From assembly GCA_965198045.1 (NCBI GenBank), contig CBDAOL010000007.1, forward strand, positions 57,612 to 121,611: DNA of 64,000 nt. The letters run 5' to 3'. Every line of letters starts with the position of its first letter. Positions within the stretch are counted from its first letter, which is position 1. Source of the DNA: Dehalococcoidia bacterium. GTDB lineage: Bacteria; Chloroflexota; Dehalococcoidia; UBA2979. The notes under the pieces were generated by a model. The model saw only the letters and a list, made by a program, of their open reading frames with translations, was not told where the DNA came from and made no database searches. The position numbers and the translations under genes are program-made. Below are positions 9,874 to 19,328 of this stretch, piece by piece.

Positions 9874-10914
9874 TTACGCCTGCATCGCCTCCGCGAACGA
9901 CGTGAGTGCGTCGAGGTGGTCCTGTAGGCTCGCGCCGTCCTGGCCGACGAAGTTTTGCGCCGTGAAGTAGCTGAGGTGCGTCGCGCCGAGTTCCTCGAGG
10001 CCGCGGGCGACCTCGACCTCGCGCGCGATGTCGCCGCTGGCCATCACTGAGCACTGCAGACCGAGCTGCGCCGGGTCGCGCCCGGCCTCCTCGGCGGCAG
10101 CGCGCATGATCTCGATGCCGGCTTCCAGGCGGGCGCGATCCAGTCCGAGCGGGAACCAGCCGTCGCCGATGCGGCCGGCGCGCGCGACGGCGCGCGGGTC
10201 GCCGCCGCCCATCCAGATCGGGATGTCGCGGCGCGGCGGCAGTGGCTTGATGCCCGCCTGGTCCACCTGGTCCCAGCGACCCTCGAACGTGACAACCGGG
10301 TCGCGCCAGAGCTGCCTGAGAAGGCCGACCTGCTCCTCCATCCGGCGGCCACGCGTATGGAAGTCCTGACCGAGCGCGTGATACTCGACGGGGTTCCAGC
10401 CGATCCCGACGCCGAGGACCAGGCGGCCGCCGAGGAGCACGTCGAGCTGCGCCGCCTGCTTGGCGACAAGCGCGGTCTGACGCTGCGGCAGGATCAGGAT
10501 GCCGGTCATCAGCTCGATGCGCTCGGTCACCGCAGCGAGGTAGCCGAACGTTGGGAACGGCTCCTGCCACTCCGTCTCGTGCGTGTAGGGCCCGGCCCAG
10601 CCGCCGGGCCGGTTCGGATCGGCGCCGAGCACATGTTCACCCATCGACATGCGGGCGTAGCCGGCGCCCTCGACGGCCTGCGCGTAGTCGCGGAACACCG
10701 TGGGGTCGGATCCGAGATCGTTGCTGGCGTAGAACGCGACGAGGTCAGCGATGATGGCGCTCCTTCGAACGTTCGGGCGGTTGGTCCCGAAACGAGCTGG
10801 TGTTGCAGCATAGTGAGTCTGCCAGTTGTCGGCAGCCTGTGACCGACCACGGTGTACCCTGACCGCGCTCAGGCGGTCTTCGCTTGTGGCCCAGACTCGT
10901 CTCTGCCGACTCAC
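9874..10914 (-). CDS. LLM-class (luciferase-like) F420-dependent oxidoreductase
   Basis: AGYARMSMGEHVLG...ILPQRQTALVAKQAAQLDVLLGGRLVLGVGIGW is the typical LLM pattern. The true start is uncertain; GAAGGAG at about 10757-10763 suggests a shorter protein. Confidence 0.8.
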   Translation of the reverse strand: MSRQRRVWATSEDRLSAVRVHRGRSQAADNWQTHYAATPARFGTNRPNVRRSAIIADLVAFYASNDLGSDPTVFRDYAQAVEGAGYARMSMGEHVLGADPNRPGGWAGPYTHETEWQEPFPTFGYLAAVTERIELMTGILILPQRQTALVAKQAAQLDVLLGGRLVLGVGIGWNPVEYHALGQDFHTRGRRMEEQVGLLRQLWRDPVVTFEGRWDQVDQAGIKPLPPRRDIPIWMGGGDPRAVARAGRIGDGWFPLGLDRARLEAGIEIMRAAAEEAGRDPAQLGLQCSVMASGDIAREVEVARGLEELGATHLSYFTAQNFVGQDGASLQDHLDALTSFAEAMQA

Positions 10915-10972
10915 CGAGCCCGCCGCGACGACTGGAACATCAGTGGCACGAGCCAGTAGGTTCGTGCGCGTC

Positions 10973-11233
10973 GTGGAGGTTACGACCCTGGATATCTACG
11001 TAGGCAACCTGCCGTACTCGGCCGAGACCAGCGAGATCGAAGAGCTGTTCGCGCAGCACGGCGAGGTGCTTCGGTGCTCGCTGCCGACTGACCGCGAGAC
11101 CGGCCGCGCGCGTGGTTTCGGTTTCGTCAAGATGAGCGATGGCGATGCACGAAATGCGATTGCCGCGCTCGATGGCACCGACTTCGATGGGCGCTCGATG
11201 CGCGTCAATGAGGCCCGGGCCCGCGATCAGTAG
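10973..11233 (+). CDS. RRM-type RNA-binding protein
   Basis: IYVGNLPY (RNP2) and RGFGFVKM (RNP1) motifs. The start codon is uncertain (GTG 10973 chosen). Confidence 0.85.
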   Translation: MEVTTLDIYVGNLPYSAETSEIEELFAQHGEVLRCSLPTDRETGRARGFGFVKMSDGDARNAIAALDGTDFDGRSMRVNEARARDQ

Positions 11234-11257
11234 CTGACGCGGTGCGAGTTCAACTGA

Positions 11258-11290
11258 GGAGCCCCGCGGTCAGCCGCGGGGCTCCTTTGT
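11258..11290 (+). terminator. Rho-independent terminator-like hairpin between convergent genes
   Basis: GGAGCCCCGCGG-TCAG-CCGCGGGGCTCC is a perfect 12-bp stem, followed by TTTGT. It overlaps the stop codon of the convergent CoA-transferase gene. Confidence 0.6.
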
Positions 11291-12511
11291 GACCACACCC
11301 TGCGCTTCGAGCTCCTCGATCGCGCAAGCGTCGAGGCCGAGAAGCTCGCCCAGCGCGTATTCGTTGCCGTTCGCATACGTCGGTGCAGCCGATGCCACGC
11401 CGTGATGTCCGCGCCGCGAGCGCCACGCGGTGCGCGTGTGGGGAAACGCCCCCATCTCCGGGTGATCGACCGTCACCAGCGACCCGCGATACGCGAGTTG
11501 CGGATCCTCGTGCACCTCGGCGATGTCGAGGAGCGCGCCGGCAGCGATGCTCGCTGCCTGAAGCACCGTCTGCACCACGTGCGGCGTCCGTTCCGTCGTC
11601 CAGGCCTCGATCGCCTCGTCGAGGAGGTCGTGGTCCGCGCGCCGGCCGTCCGCGGAGGCGTAGCGAGTGTCCGAGGCGAGATCGTCCCGCCCGATCGCGG
11701 CCGCGAAAACGCGCCACTCCGCGTCCGACTGTACGGAGATGGCGACCCAGCGGTCCTCGCCGGCGCAGCGGTAGACGCCCTGCGGCGCATGCCAATCGTG
11801 CCGGTTGCCGTTCCGCGAGGGCGAGCGGCCGTTCATCGTCACGTCCATCAACGCCGGAGCGATCAACTGCATCTCGCCCTCGAGCATCGCGAGCTCGATG
11901 TACTGGCCCTCGCCGTGGAGGCGACGGTGGCGCAGCGCCGCCATCGTGGCGAGGGCAGCGGTCAGACCGGCGTTCTGGTCGCAATAGAACTGCGCGGGCT
12001 TGCCCGGCCCTCGATCGGCGTAGCCGGTGAGGTGTGAGAGGCCGCTCATCGCGTCGATACCCGGTCCGTAGGAGCCACGCATCGCGTACGGCCCGGTCTT
12101 CCCGAGGCCCGGCATCGACACGAGGATGATAGCCTCGCGCACGCCTCGCAGTGTGTCGAAATCGAGCCCGAGGCGTCCGAGGACGGGGGGCGAGAAGTTC
12201 TCGATCACCACATCCACCTTCGCCACGAGCTGGAGCGCGAGCGCATGCCCCGCCTCACTCGTCAGATCGAGGGCGAGCAGGCGCTTGCTGCGATGCAGTT
12301 CGTTGAAGAACACCGAGCGGTTGTACGGGAGATCGGGCGCGCCGGGCTTCGGCGGCGGCGCTGCGGTGTGCGCAGCCGTGCGGCCTCGAGGTGACTCGAC
12401 CTTGATCACGTCGGCGCCCATGTCGCCGAGCACCGCGCCGGCCACGGGACCGGCGACAGCGGTCGTCAGCTCGAGCACGCGGATGCCGTCGAGGGGTCGG
12501 CGGCCGCTCAC
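11270..12511 (-). CDS. Family III CoA-transferase (CaiB/BaiF type), downstream subunit of a tandem pair
   Basis: LDGIRVLELTTAVAGPVAGAVLGDMGADVIKVESP is the family III N-terminal signature. GTG start 12511 overlaps the upstream stop (GTGA). Confidence 0.85.
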   Translation of the reverse strand: MSGRRPLDGIRVLELTTAVAGPVAGAVLGDMGADVIKVESPRGRTAAHTAAPPPKPGAPDLPYNRSVFFNELHRSKRLLALDLTSEAGHALALQLVAKVDVVIENFSPPVLGRLGLDFDTLRGVREAIILVSMPGLGKTGPYAMRGSYGPGIDAMSGLSHLTGYADRGPGKPAQFYCDQNAGLTAALATMAALRHRRLHGEGQYIELAMLEGEMQLIAPALMDVTMNGRSPSRNGNRHDWHAPQGVYRCAGEDRWVAISVQSDAEWRVFAAAIGRDDLASDTRYASADGRRADHDLLDEAIEAWTTERTPHVVQTVLQAASIAAGALLDIAEVHEDPQLAYRGSLVTVDHPEMGAFPHTRTAWRSRRGHHGVASAAPTYANGNEYALGELLGLDACAIEELEAQGVVTKEPRG

Positions 12512-13764
12512 GCCACGACCCCCGCATCGCGTAGCTCGGCGATGGCCTCGGTGTCGAGCTCCAGCAGCTCGCCGAGGATGTCGTCGGTGTGCTGCCCCAG
12601 GAGCGGCGCGACACCCGTCCGCCATGGCGTCGCGCTGAGCCGAGCCGGCGGACCCGGCTGCCGGACTGTCGGTGCGACGGGGTGGTCCACCTCGACGAGG
12701 AACTCGCGCGCCTCCAGATGCGGATCGTCGAGGATCTCCTCGGGCGTCAGTACCTCGGTGAACGGCAGGCGGAGCGCCTGCGCTTGCTCGACCACCTCGA
12801 CGCGGTCGTAACGCGCCAGCCAGCGGTCCATCGCCTCGTCGATCGCGTCGGCGTTGCCCATCGGCGCGTCGAGGAGCTGCTCGATGCCGACATCGGGCAT
12901 CAGCGCAGCCAGCAGGTCCATCTTGCGGTTGTTGCTGTGCGCGTGCACCCAGCCGTCGCGGCAGGGACGCAAGGTCGAGGGGTAGGTGTAGACCGGGTTC
13001 GTGAACAGCAGACGCGTGCCGTTCCTCGTCGGGACGCGCCCGTCGAAGGCAAACGTCTGCGTCGGACCGCCGATCAGGAAGAGCGCCGCGTCTTGCGCCG
13101 AGACATCGAACCAGTCGCCCTCGCCGGGCTCGCCGTCCTCGGCGGTGAGGTCGCGGTACGTCAGCCCGACCACCAGCGCCGTCGCGGCGTGCAGGGCGGC
13201 GTGCTGCGTGACGAGGTCGTCGTATGGCTTTACCGGCTCGCGGTCAGGATCGCCGCAGAGCCGCAGGTAGCCGCCGAGCGCGACATCGACGATCTCCGCA
13301 CCGCGGTAGCCCGCGTACGGCCCATCCTGTCCGAAGTGCGTGACCGAGACCATGACGAGGTCGGGGCGCAGCTCGACCAGCGCGTCGTAGTCGAGGCCGC
13401 GCGCGGCGAGGTAGCCCGGCCCGAAGCTCTCGATCAGCGCATCGCTCTCGGCGACCAGCGAACGCAGCAGCGACTGCCCCTCGACGCGGTCGAGGTCAAC
13501 CACCAGGCCGCGCTTGGCAGCGTCCAGATGGAGGTGGCGTGCGCTGACCTCGAGCCCGGGCTCGTCGTTCGGGAACGGTGGCCAGCCGCGCAGCGGATCG
13601 CCGTCAGGCGGCTCGACCTTGATCACGTCCGCGCCGAGCCCGGCAAGCAAGCGCCCGGCGTAACCGAAACTGCCCCGCGCCAGGTCGAGGATGCGCACCC
13701 CGTCGAGGACCCCGCGCACCTCGGCGGCGCTGTCCTCGGGCGCTGTGTCTGCAGTCATCGTCAC
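12508..13764 (-). CDS. Family III CoA-transferase (CaiB/BaiF type), upstream subunit of a tandem pair
   Basis: LDGVRILDLARGSFGYAGRLLAGLGADVIKVEPP signature. 418-aa ORF. Confidence 0.85.
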   Translation of the reverse strand: MTMTADTAPEDSAAEVRGVLDGVRILDLARGSFGYAGRLLAGLGADVIKVEPPDGDPLRGWPPFPNDEPGLEVSARHLHLDAAKRGLVVDLDRVEGQSLLRSLVAESDALIESFGPGYLAARGLDYDALVELRPDLVMVSVTHFGQDGPYAGYRGAEIVDVALGGYLRLCGDPDREPVKPYDDLVTQHAALHAATALVVGLTYRDLTAEDGEPGEGDWFDVSAQDAALFLIGGPTQTFAFDGRVPTRNGTRLLFTNPVYTYPSTLRPCRDGWVHAHSNNRKMDLLAALMPDVGIEQLLDAPMGNADAIDEAMDRWLARYDRVEVVEQAQALRLPFTEVLTPEEILDDPHLEAREFLVEVDHPVAPTVRQPGPPARLSATPWRTGVAPLLGQHTDDILGELLELDTEAIAELRDAGVVA

Positions 13765-13827
13765 TCCCGGCTAGCCGTGGCTCGTCGGGGCGGAGTATAA
13801 GAGCGGAACGAGCGAACAGGCGGCGGT

Positions 13828-14997
13828 ATGAAAAGCCTCAGGCAGCGCTATTGCATCGTGGGCGTGGGCAACACGGCCTACGGGAAGAACCCGGGCATCT
13901 CGCAGATCGCTCACAACGTGCTCGCGATCCGCGGGGCGCTCGACGACGCCGGGCTCACGACCGATGACCTCGACGGCGTGCTCACGAAGGCGCCGACGTC
14001 GACGTTCCCGATGCTCTTCGCGCCGCGCGTCGCCGAGGCGCTGCGCGTGCAGCCGAAGGTGACCGGCACGCTCGACCAGGCCGGCGCGAGCAACATCGGG
14101 CTGATCCAGTACGCCGTCAGCGCCATCGAGCTGGGCCAGGCGGAGGTCATCGCGATCTCGTACGGCGACAACCCGCGGACCGGCTCTCGCTCCACCTACG
14201 CCCGCCCCCGGGGTGACGACGCGCTGGCCGGGCTGTTCGGCGCGCCCTCCAGCTACGCGATGATCGCGCGCCGGCACATGTACGAGTACGGCACGACGCA
14301 CGAACAGCTGGCGAACGTCGCGATGACACATCGGGACCACGCGAGCAAGAACCTGAACGCGGTGTTCCAGGACACGTTCACCCTCGACGAATACATGAAC
14401 TCGCGCTGGGTGGCCGAGCCGTTCCACCTGCTCGACTGCTGCCCGGTGTCCGACGGCGGCGCGGCCTACATCGTCACCACGGAGGCGCGGGCGCGCGACC
14501 TGGCGAAGGCCCCGGTGTTCGTCGAGGGCATCGGGCAGGGGCACCCCTCGTGGGACTTCTATCGTCGCCCGGACATGGCCACGAGCGGCGCGAAGGTGGC
14601 GGGTGCGATGGCCTTCGAGTCGGCGGAGATGAGCCCGTCCGACATCGACTTCTGCGAGATCTACGACTGCTTCACGATCGTCCCGCTGGTGACGCTCGAG
14701 GACTATGGCTTCGTCGACAAGGGCGAAGGCGGGTCGTTCTACGAGGAGCACCGCACGCACATCGGCGGCGAACTGCCGTGCAACACCTCGGGCGGGCTCC
14801 TCAGCGAGACCGGGATGCCCGGCACGCAACTGGTCGTCGAGGCGGTGCGGCAGCTCCGCGGCGAGGGCGGTGAGCGCCAAGTGGCTGACGCCGAGGTCGG
14901 GCTCGTCAGCCAGCAGGGCGGCATTATGACGACCCACGCCGCGATGATCCTGTCGAACGACGGCCATACGGCCTCCTCGAACGGCTCGCCGGCATGA
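13828..14997 (+). CDS. SCP-x/lipid-transfer-type thiolase
   Basis: IVGVGNTAYGK..., LLDCCPVSDGGAA, NTSGGLLS motifs are typical of non-acetoacetyl thiolase-like proteins. Confidence 0.85.
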   Translation: MKSLRQRYCIVGVGNTAYGKNPGISQIAHNVLAIRGALDDAGLTTDDLDGVLTKAPTSTFPMLFAPRVAEALRVQPKVTGTLDQAGASNIGLIQYAVSAIELGQAEVIAISYGDNPRTGSRSTYARPRGDDALAGLFGAPSSYAMIARRHMYEYGTTHEQLANVAMTHRDHASKNLNAVFQDTFTLDEYMNSRWVAEPFHLLDCCPVSDGGAAYIVTTEARARDLAKAPVFVEGIGQGHPSWDFYRRPDMATSGAKVAGAMAFESAEMSPSDIDFCEIYDCFTIVPLVTLEDYGFVDKGEGGSFYEEHRTHIGGELPCNTSGGLLSETGMPGTQLVVEAVRQLRGEGGERQVADAEVGLVSQQGGIMTTHAAMILSNDGHTASSNGSPA

Positions 14998-15455
14998 CCA
15001 GCGACACGCGCGCACCGATCGAGGAGCGGTTCGCCGCGTTTGCGGCGCTCGCGCCCGAGCCGACGGAGCTGAACGCGCCGTACTGGGACGGCCTCGCGTC
15101 CGGCGAGGTGCGATTGCAGCATTGCAGCGCCTGCGGCGCCTACCAGCACCCGGCCGAATCGTTCTGCTACGAGTGCGGCGCGACGGACCTCGCATGGGTG
15201 ACGGTCAGCGGCGAGGGCAAGATCCACTCGTTCATCGTCGTGCACCAGCCCTACCACCCGGCGTTCCAGCCGTTCCTGCCCTACACCGTCGCCACGGTGC
15301 AGCTCGACGAGGGGCCACGGCTCCTCGGCCCGATGATCGAGCTCGACGCGCCGGTCGCTATCGGTGATCGCGTGCGGCCTCGCATCGAGCCGATCGCCGA
15401 GGATCGCGCGACGCTGTTCTTCGCGCCCGCCGACGCCTCGGCCGGAGGCGGGTAG
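14994..15455 (+). CDS. DUF35 OB-fold / zinc-ribbon protein (thiolase partner)
   Basis: CSACGAYQHPAESFCYECG zinc ribbon followed by an OB-fold segment. ATGA overlap with the thiolase stop. Confidence 0.8.
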   Translation: MTSDTRAPIEERFAAFAALAPEPTELNAPYWDGLASGEVRLQHCSACGAYQHPAESFCYECGATDLAWVTVSGEGKIHSFIVVHQPYHPAFQPFLPYTVATVQLDEGPRLLGPMIELDAPVAIGDRVRPRIEPIAEDRATLFFAPADASAGGG

Positions 15456-15457
15456 CG

Positions 15458-15886
15458 GTGCGCATCAAGAAACCGTGGACGGCGTGGGATGACGCGCTCG
15501 ATTATCGGCGGCTGCCGGGCGCGATGGGTGTCTACGAGCTGGCGGATGCGGACCACCGCACGCTCTACATCGGCAAGGCCGGCGGGCGCTCGCCGTACGG
15601 CCTGCGCGGCGAGCTGTTCCGCCACTTCGCCCCGCCGGAACGCCTCGCCGACGAGAACTGGTCACACCCGAGGATGGGCGTGACGCTGCCCTCGCTGGCC
15701 GGTCGCGCGCGCTACTACCGCTTCGAGGTGAACCACATGTACTACAGCCGATGGGTGGAGTGCCTCTCGCGGTTCCGCGAGGACCACGGCCGGCTGCCGG
15801 CCGGGAACCTCGAGGACCCCGAGCCGCTGCCGCCGCTTGGGCGCTACCACTGGCAGACGGACGAAGCGGGAACGGAGCCGGCCTGA
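15458..15886 (+). CDS. Hypothetical protein with GIY-YIG-like motif spacing
   Basis: GVYELADADHRTLYIGKAG (GVY, 10 residues, YIG), then R44/R50, H56, E90. It starts 2 nt after the DUF35 stop and overlaps the ACAD start by 1 nt. Confidence 0.5.
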   Translation: MRIKKPWTAWDDALDYRRLPGAMGVYELADADHRTLYIGKAGGRSPYGLRGELFRHFAPPERLADENWSHPRMGVTLPSLAGRARYYRFEVNHMYYSRWVECLSRFREDHGRLPAGNLEDPEPLPPLGRYHWQTDEAGTEPA

Positions 15887-17052
15887 TGGACCTGCAACAG
15901 AGCGAGGCGCAGCAGCTCATCATCGCCAACGTCCGGCGCTTCATCCGCGAGGAGATCCGGCCTCTCGAAGACGACCTCGACCCCGACGCCTACTCGCTGC
16001 CGGACGAGGAGCGTGAACGCCTCGTCGCCATGGTCAAGGAGATGGGCCTCTACCAGATGGACCTGCCGGAGGAGTACGGCGGTCCCGGCGTCGACACCGT
16101 GACGCGCACCCTGGTCGCGGAGGAGCTGTCGCAGCATCGCGCCGGCCTCTACGCACCCGCCTATGGCGTGTTCGGTTCCGGCCCGCCCGGGCAGCTCTTC
16201 TTCGCCAACGACGAGCAGAAGGAGCAGTACCTCTACCCGATGATCCGCGGCGAGAAGCGGGCGTTCTTCGGCCTCAGTGAGCCCTCGGGCGGGTCGGACC
16301 CGGCGCGGGCGATCCAGACGCGCGGCATCCGCGACGGCGACGACTGGGTGATCAACGGCAGCAAGCTCTGGAACTCGGGCGCGGACACTGCCGACTTCGG
16401 CATCGTCTACGTGCGCACCGATCCCGAGAAGGGGCGGCAGGGCATCACCGCCTTCCTCATCGACACCGACACGCCGGGCTTCCGTGTCGAGCGGCTGGTG
16501 CAGGTGCTGCGCGCCCACTACACGACCGAGCTGTCGTTCACCGACATGCGTGTGCCGCACGCGAACATCCTCGGCGAGGAGGGCGGTGGCTTCTCGCTGG
16601 CGAACGAGCAGCTCGCCGCGAACCGCATCCCGTACTCGGCCGCGTGCCTCGGGGTGGCGCAGTACGCACACGAGATGGCGATCGACTGGGCGAAGCAGCG
16701 CGAGACGTTCGGTCAGCCGCTGGCAAACCGCCAGGCGATCCAGTGGATGCTTGTCGACAACGAGATCGACCTGCGCACTGGACGCTGGGCCTGCCTCGAC
16801 GCCGCGGACAAGGCCGAACGAGGCCAGCCGTTCCGCTTCGAGTCATCGCTGGCCAAACTCGTCTGCTCGGAGGGCGCTGGCCGCGTCGTCGATCGCTGCA
16901 TGCAGATCTTCGGCGGGCTCGGCATGTCGAAGGACCTGCCGCTCGAGCGCTGGTACCGCGAGCTGCGTATCCGCCGCATCGGCGAAGGCCCATCCGAGGT
17001 CCAGCGCATCGTGATGGCGCGCGACATGCTCGGGGTCCGCAGCGGGGGATAA
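15886..17052 (+). CDS. Acyl-CoA dehydrogenase
   Basis: FGLSEPSGGSDPA, INGSKLWNSGA, QIFGGLGMSKDLPLERWYRELRIRRIGEGPSEVQ. ATG 15886 lies in a TGATG overlap. Confidence 0.9.
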   Translation: MDLQQSEAQQLIIANVRRFIREEIRPLEDDLDPDAYSLPDEERERLVAMVKEMGLYQMDLPEEYGGPGVDTVTRTLVAEELSQHRAGLYAPAYGVFGSGPPGQLFFANDEQKEQYLYPMIRGEKRAFFGLSEPSGGSDPARAIQTRGIRDGDDWVINGSKLWNSGADTADFGIVYVRTDPEKGRQGITAFLIDTDTPGFRVERLVQVLRAHYTTELSFTDMRVPHANILGEEGGGFSLANEQLAANRIPYSAACLGVAQYAHEMAIDWAKQRETFGQPLANRQAIQWMLVDNEIDLRTGRWACLDAADKAERGQPFRFESSLAKLVCSEGAGRVVDRCMQIFGGLGMSKDLPLERWYRELRIRRIGEGPSEVQRIVMARDMLGVRSGG

Positions 17053-17056
17053 CGGA

Positions 17057-17588
17057 GTGGCGACGGCCAAGCTCACGGGCAGTTACTCAGTCTTTAGCGT
17101 CGACTCCTACGCCGACAGCGTGGCTCACTACGTCGACTGGCTCGGCTTCAACCTCGGCTGGGAGTGGCGCGCCGCGCCCGAGGCGCCTGCGATCGTCTCG
17201 CTCTCCCGCGATAGCGTCTCGCTGATGCTGAACGAGGCCGATGCGGTGGCCACCGGCTCCCAGCTCACCGTCTTCGTCGACGACCTACAGGCTGGTGGAC
17301 GAGTGGAACGCTCGAGGCTCCGACACCGTCGCTGTGTCGGTGCAGCCCCCGTATGACATCCCCTCGGTCGTCATCGCGGACGCGGCGGGCAATCGCATCA
17401 GCTTCCAGCAGCCGATCGACGAGGCGGAGGAAGAGCGGCGCGCCCGGTTGCGGGGCACGATGCGTGAGTGGGTCCGGGCCCGCCTCGACGCTGGCGAGGA
17501 TGCGCCGACGGCCGAGCAGCTCGTCGAGGCGGTCGGCCGGCCGCTCGGCCTGGCGATCGAGGTGGTGCAGGAGTTCGCGGACCGCTAG
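17057..17588 (+). pseudogene. VOC (glyoxalase/bleomycin-resistance) family protein with one frameshift
   Basis: ORF 17057..17356 (YVDWLGFNLGWEW...LTVFVDDLQA) continues in the frame of ORF 17241..17588 (LVDEWNARG...VVIADAAGNRISF). The switch is near 17290-17293. Confidence 0.6.
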
Positions 17589-18400
17589 AGCAGCTCGCGC
17601 GCGTCCGAAGTGAGGCGCAGCGCACCGACGATGACCGCGCCGGCGAGTGCGGCGTGTCCGACGATCCGCACAGGCAGCGACCAGCGATCCGACACGCGCT
17701 CGAACGCCACGATTGCCCAGGTCGCGAGTGTCGCGAGGCCGGTCAGCACGACGAGCGAGCCCAACACCGGCGCCGACTCACAGCCGCAGCTGTCCTCGCT
17801 GAAGTACTGGATCACGAGCCCGGGGATGAGCAGCGCCCCGAGCGCCACGGGCACGATGTACCTGGACGCGTCATGCTCCTCAATGTCCTCGATCCGCGGG
17901 AAGCGGGCATCGAGGAGATGACGGATCCCAGCGACCGTCAGCCCGAAGATCAGGAACAACGCGAGGAACATCGTGACGTTCAACGGCTCGTTACGGAGGA
18001 TCGCGAAGTCGAAGTTGTCAGGCACGATCACCATGTGTCCAGCGACCGCTATCAGTGCCAGACCGAATGCCAGCGGCTTGAGGCGGCGAGCCCAGCCGAT
18101 CCACGGGTCGATGATCACGTAGGCGATGGCGCCAAACGCCCCACCGAGGACGCCGACGAAGATCACGATCGCAATCGTGCCGGGCGCGGTGATGTCCCCA
18201 ATCACGACCCCGCTCTCGGTGAGGATGCCGTTGACCCTCGAGGGGGCAGCGATCGCCGAGATGCGCATCACGATGCGCCCGCCCACCCCGCCGACGAGCA
18301 CGCCCGCGATCAGGCCAGCAACGCCGACGATCGCCGCGTGTCGCACAGTTTGACGCCACGCCAGGTCGAGCGGCGCCTCGATCGTTGTTGTTGCCACCAC
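17585..18400 (-). CDS. Integral membrane protein, function unknown
   Basis: 271-aa ORF with several long hydrophobic segments. Its stop overlaps the VOC stop within CTAG. Confidence 0.6.
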   Translation of the reverse strand: MVATTTIEAPLDLAWRQTVRHAAIVGVAGLIAGVLVGGVGGRIVMRISAIAAPSRVNGILTESGVVIGDITAPGTIAIVIFVGVLGGAFGAIAYVIIDPWIGWARRLKPLAFGLALIAVAGHMVIVPDNFDFAILRNEPLNVTMFLALFLIFGLTVAGIRHLLDARFPRIEDIEEHDASRYIVPVALGALLIPGLVIQYFSEDSCGCESAPVLGSLVVLTGLATLATWAIVAFERVSDRWSLPVRIVGHAALAGAVIVGALRLTSDARELL

Positions 18401-18521
18401 GCCCTCCTGACGACAGCTCCTTCTTCTACATACGTGATGGCGGGCCTGTCTGTCACGCCACTACGATGTGCGCCCAACGCCAGGCCGGCTCCAGCCGAGC
18501 CCTCGAGGGGAGCACGCGACG

Positions 18522-19316
18522 ATGACGATCGACTTCGAGGTCGCAGACCACATCGCGACGATCACGATCAACCGGCCGGAGGCGCTGAACGCAATGACGC
18601 CAGAGATGTATCGCCAGCTCTCGGAGAGCTGGGTGGAGGTTCGTGACAACCCGGACATCTGGGTCGCGGTCGTCGCCGGCGCGCCGCAGCCCTCGAGGCC
18701 GCCCGAGCGCCAGGTGTTCTCGGCGGGCGCCGACCTCAAGCAGACGATCCCGCAGACACCGGAGGCGTACTCGTTCTGGCAGACGCAGAGTGACCAGATC
18801 CTCAACCGTGGCCTCGAGGTCTGGAAGCCCATCGTCGCGGCCATTAACGGCCTCTGCCTCGCCGGCGGCATGACGCTGCTGCTCGCCACGGACATCCGCG
18901 TCGCATCGGAGCACGCGATGTTCGACCTCTCCGAGGTGAAGCGCGGCATCCTGCCGGGCAACGGCGGCACGCAGCGCACGATCCGGCAGCTGCCCTACCC
19001 GATCGCGATGGAGGTGCTGCTGCTCGGGCGGCGGCTCAGCGCCGAGCGCGCGGCGCACTTCGGCCTGATCAACGAGGTGGTCCCGCACGACGAGGTGCTC
19101 GACACCGCGATCGAGCGGGCGCGCGAGCTGGCCTCGATGGCGCCGCTGGCCGTGCGGGCGATCAAAGAGCTCTCCGTGCGGGCGCAGTACATGCCCCTCG
19201 GCGATGGCCTGCGGCTCGAAGAGGCGATTTCTGCGCGTCTGCGCGTAACCGAGGACGCGCAGGAGGGACCGCGCGCCTTCGCCGAGAAGCGGCAGCCCGA
19301 GTTCAAGGGGCGGTAG
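18522..19316 (+). CDS. Enoyl-CoA hydratase/isomerase (crotonase) family
   Basis: TITINRPEALNAM, FSAGADLK, AAINGLCLAGGMTLLLATDIRVA. Confidence 0.9.
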   Translation: MTIDFEVADHIATITINRPEALNAMTPEMYRQLSESWVEVRDNPDIWVAVVAGAPQPSRPPERQVFSAGADLKQTIPQTPEAYSFWQTQSDQILNRGLEVWKPIVAAINGLCLAGGMTLLLATDIRVASEHAMFDLSEVKRGILPGNGGTQRTIRQLPYPIAMEVLLLGRRLSAERAAHFGLINEVVPHDEVLDTAIERARELASMAPLAVRAIKELSVRAQYMPLGDGLRLEEAISARLRVTEDAQEGPRAFAEKRQPEFKGR

Positions 19317-19328
19317 GCTCGTAGGAGA

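Noticed and set aside
13771-15195. Long antisense ORFs across well-supported genes (for example 13771-15195, 18453-19787, 50247-51863, 57811-58797, 60055-61017).
   Set aside because: Each overlaps a gene with clear family motifs on the other strand and has low-complexity Arg/Gly/Ala composition.
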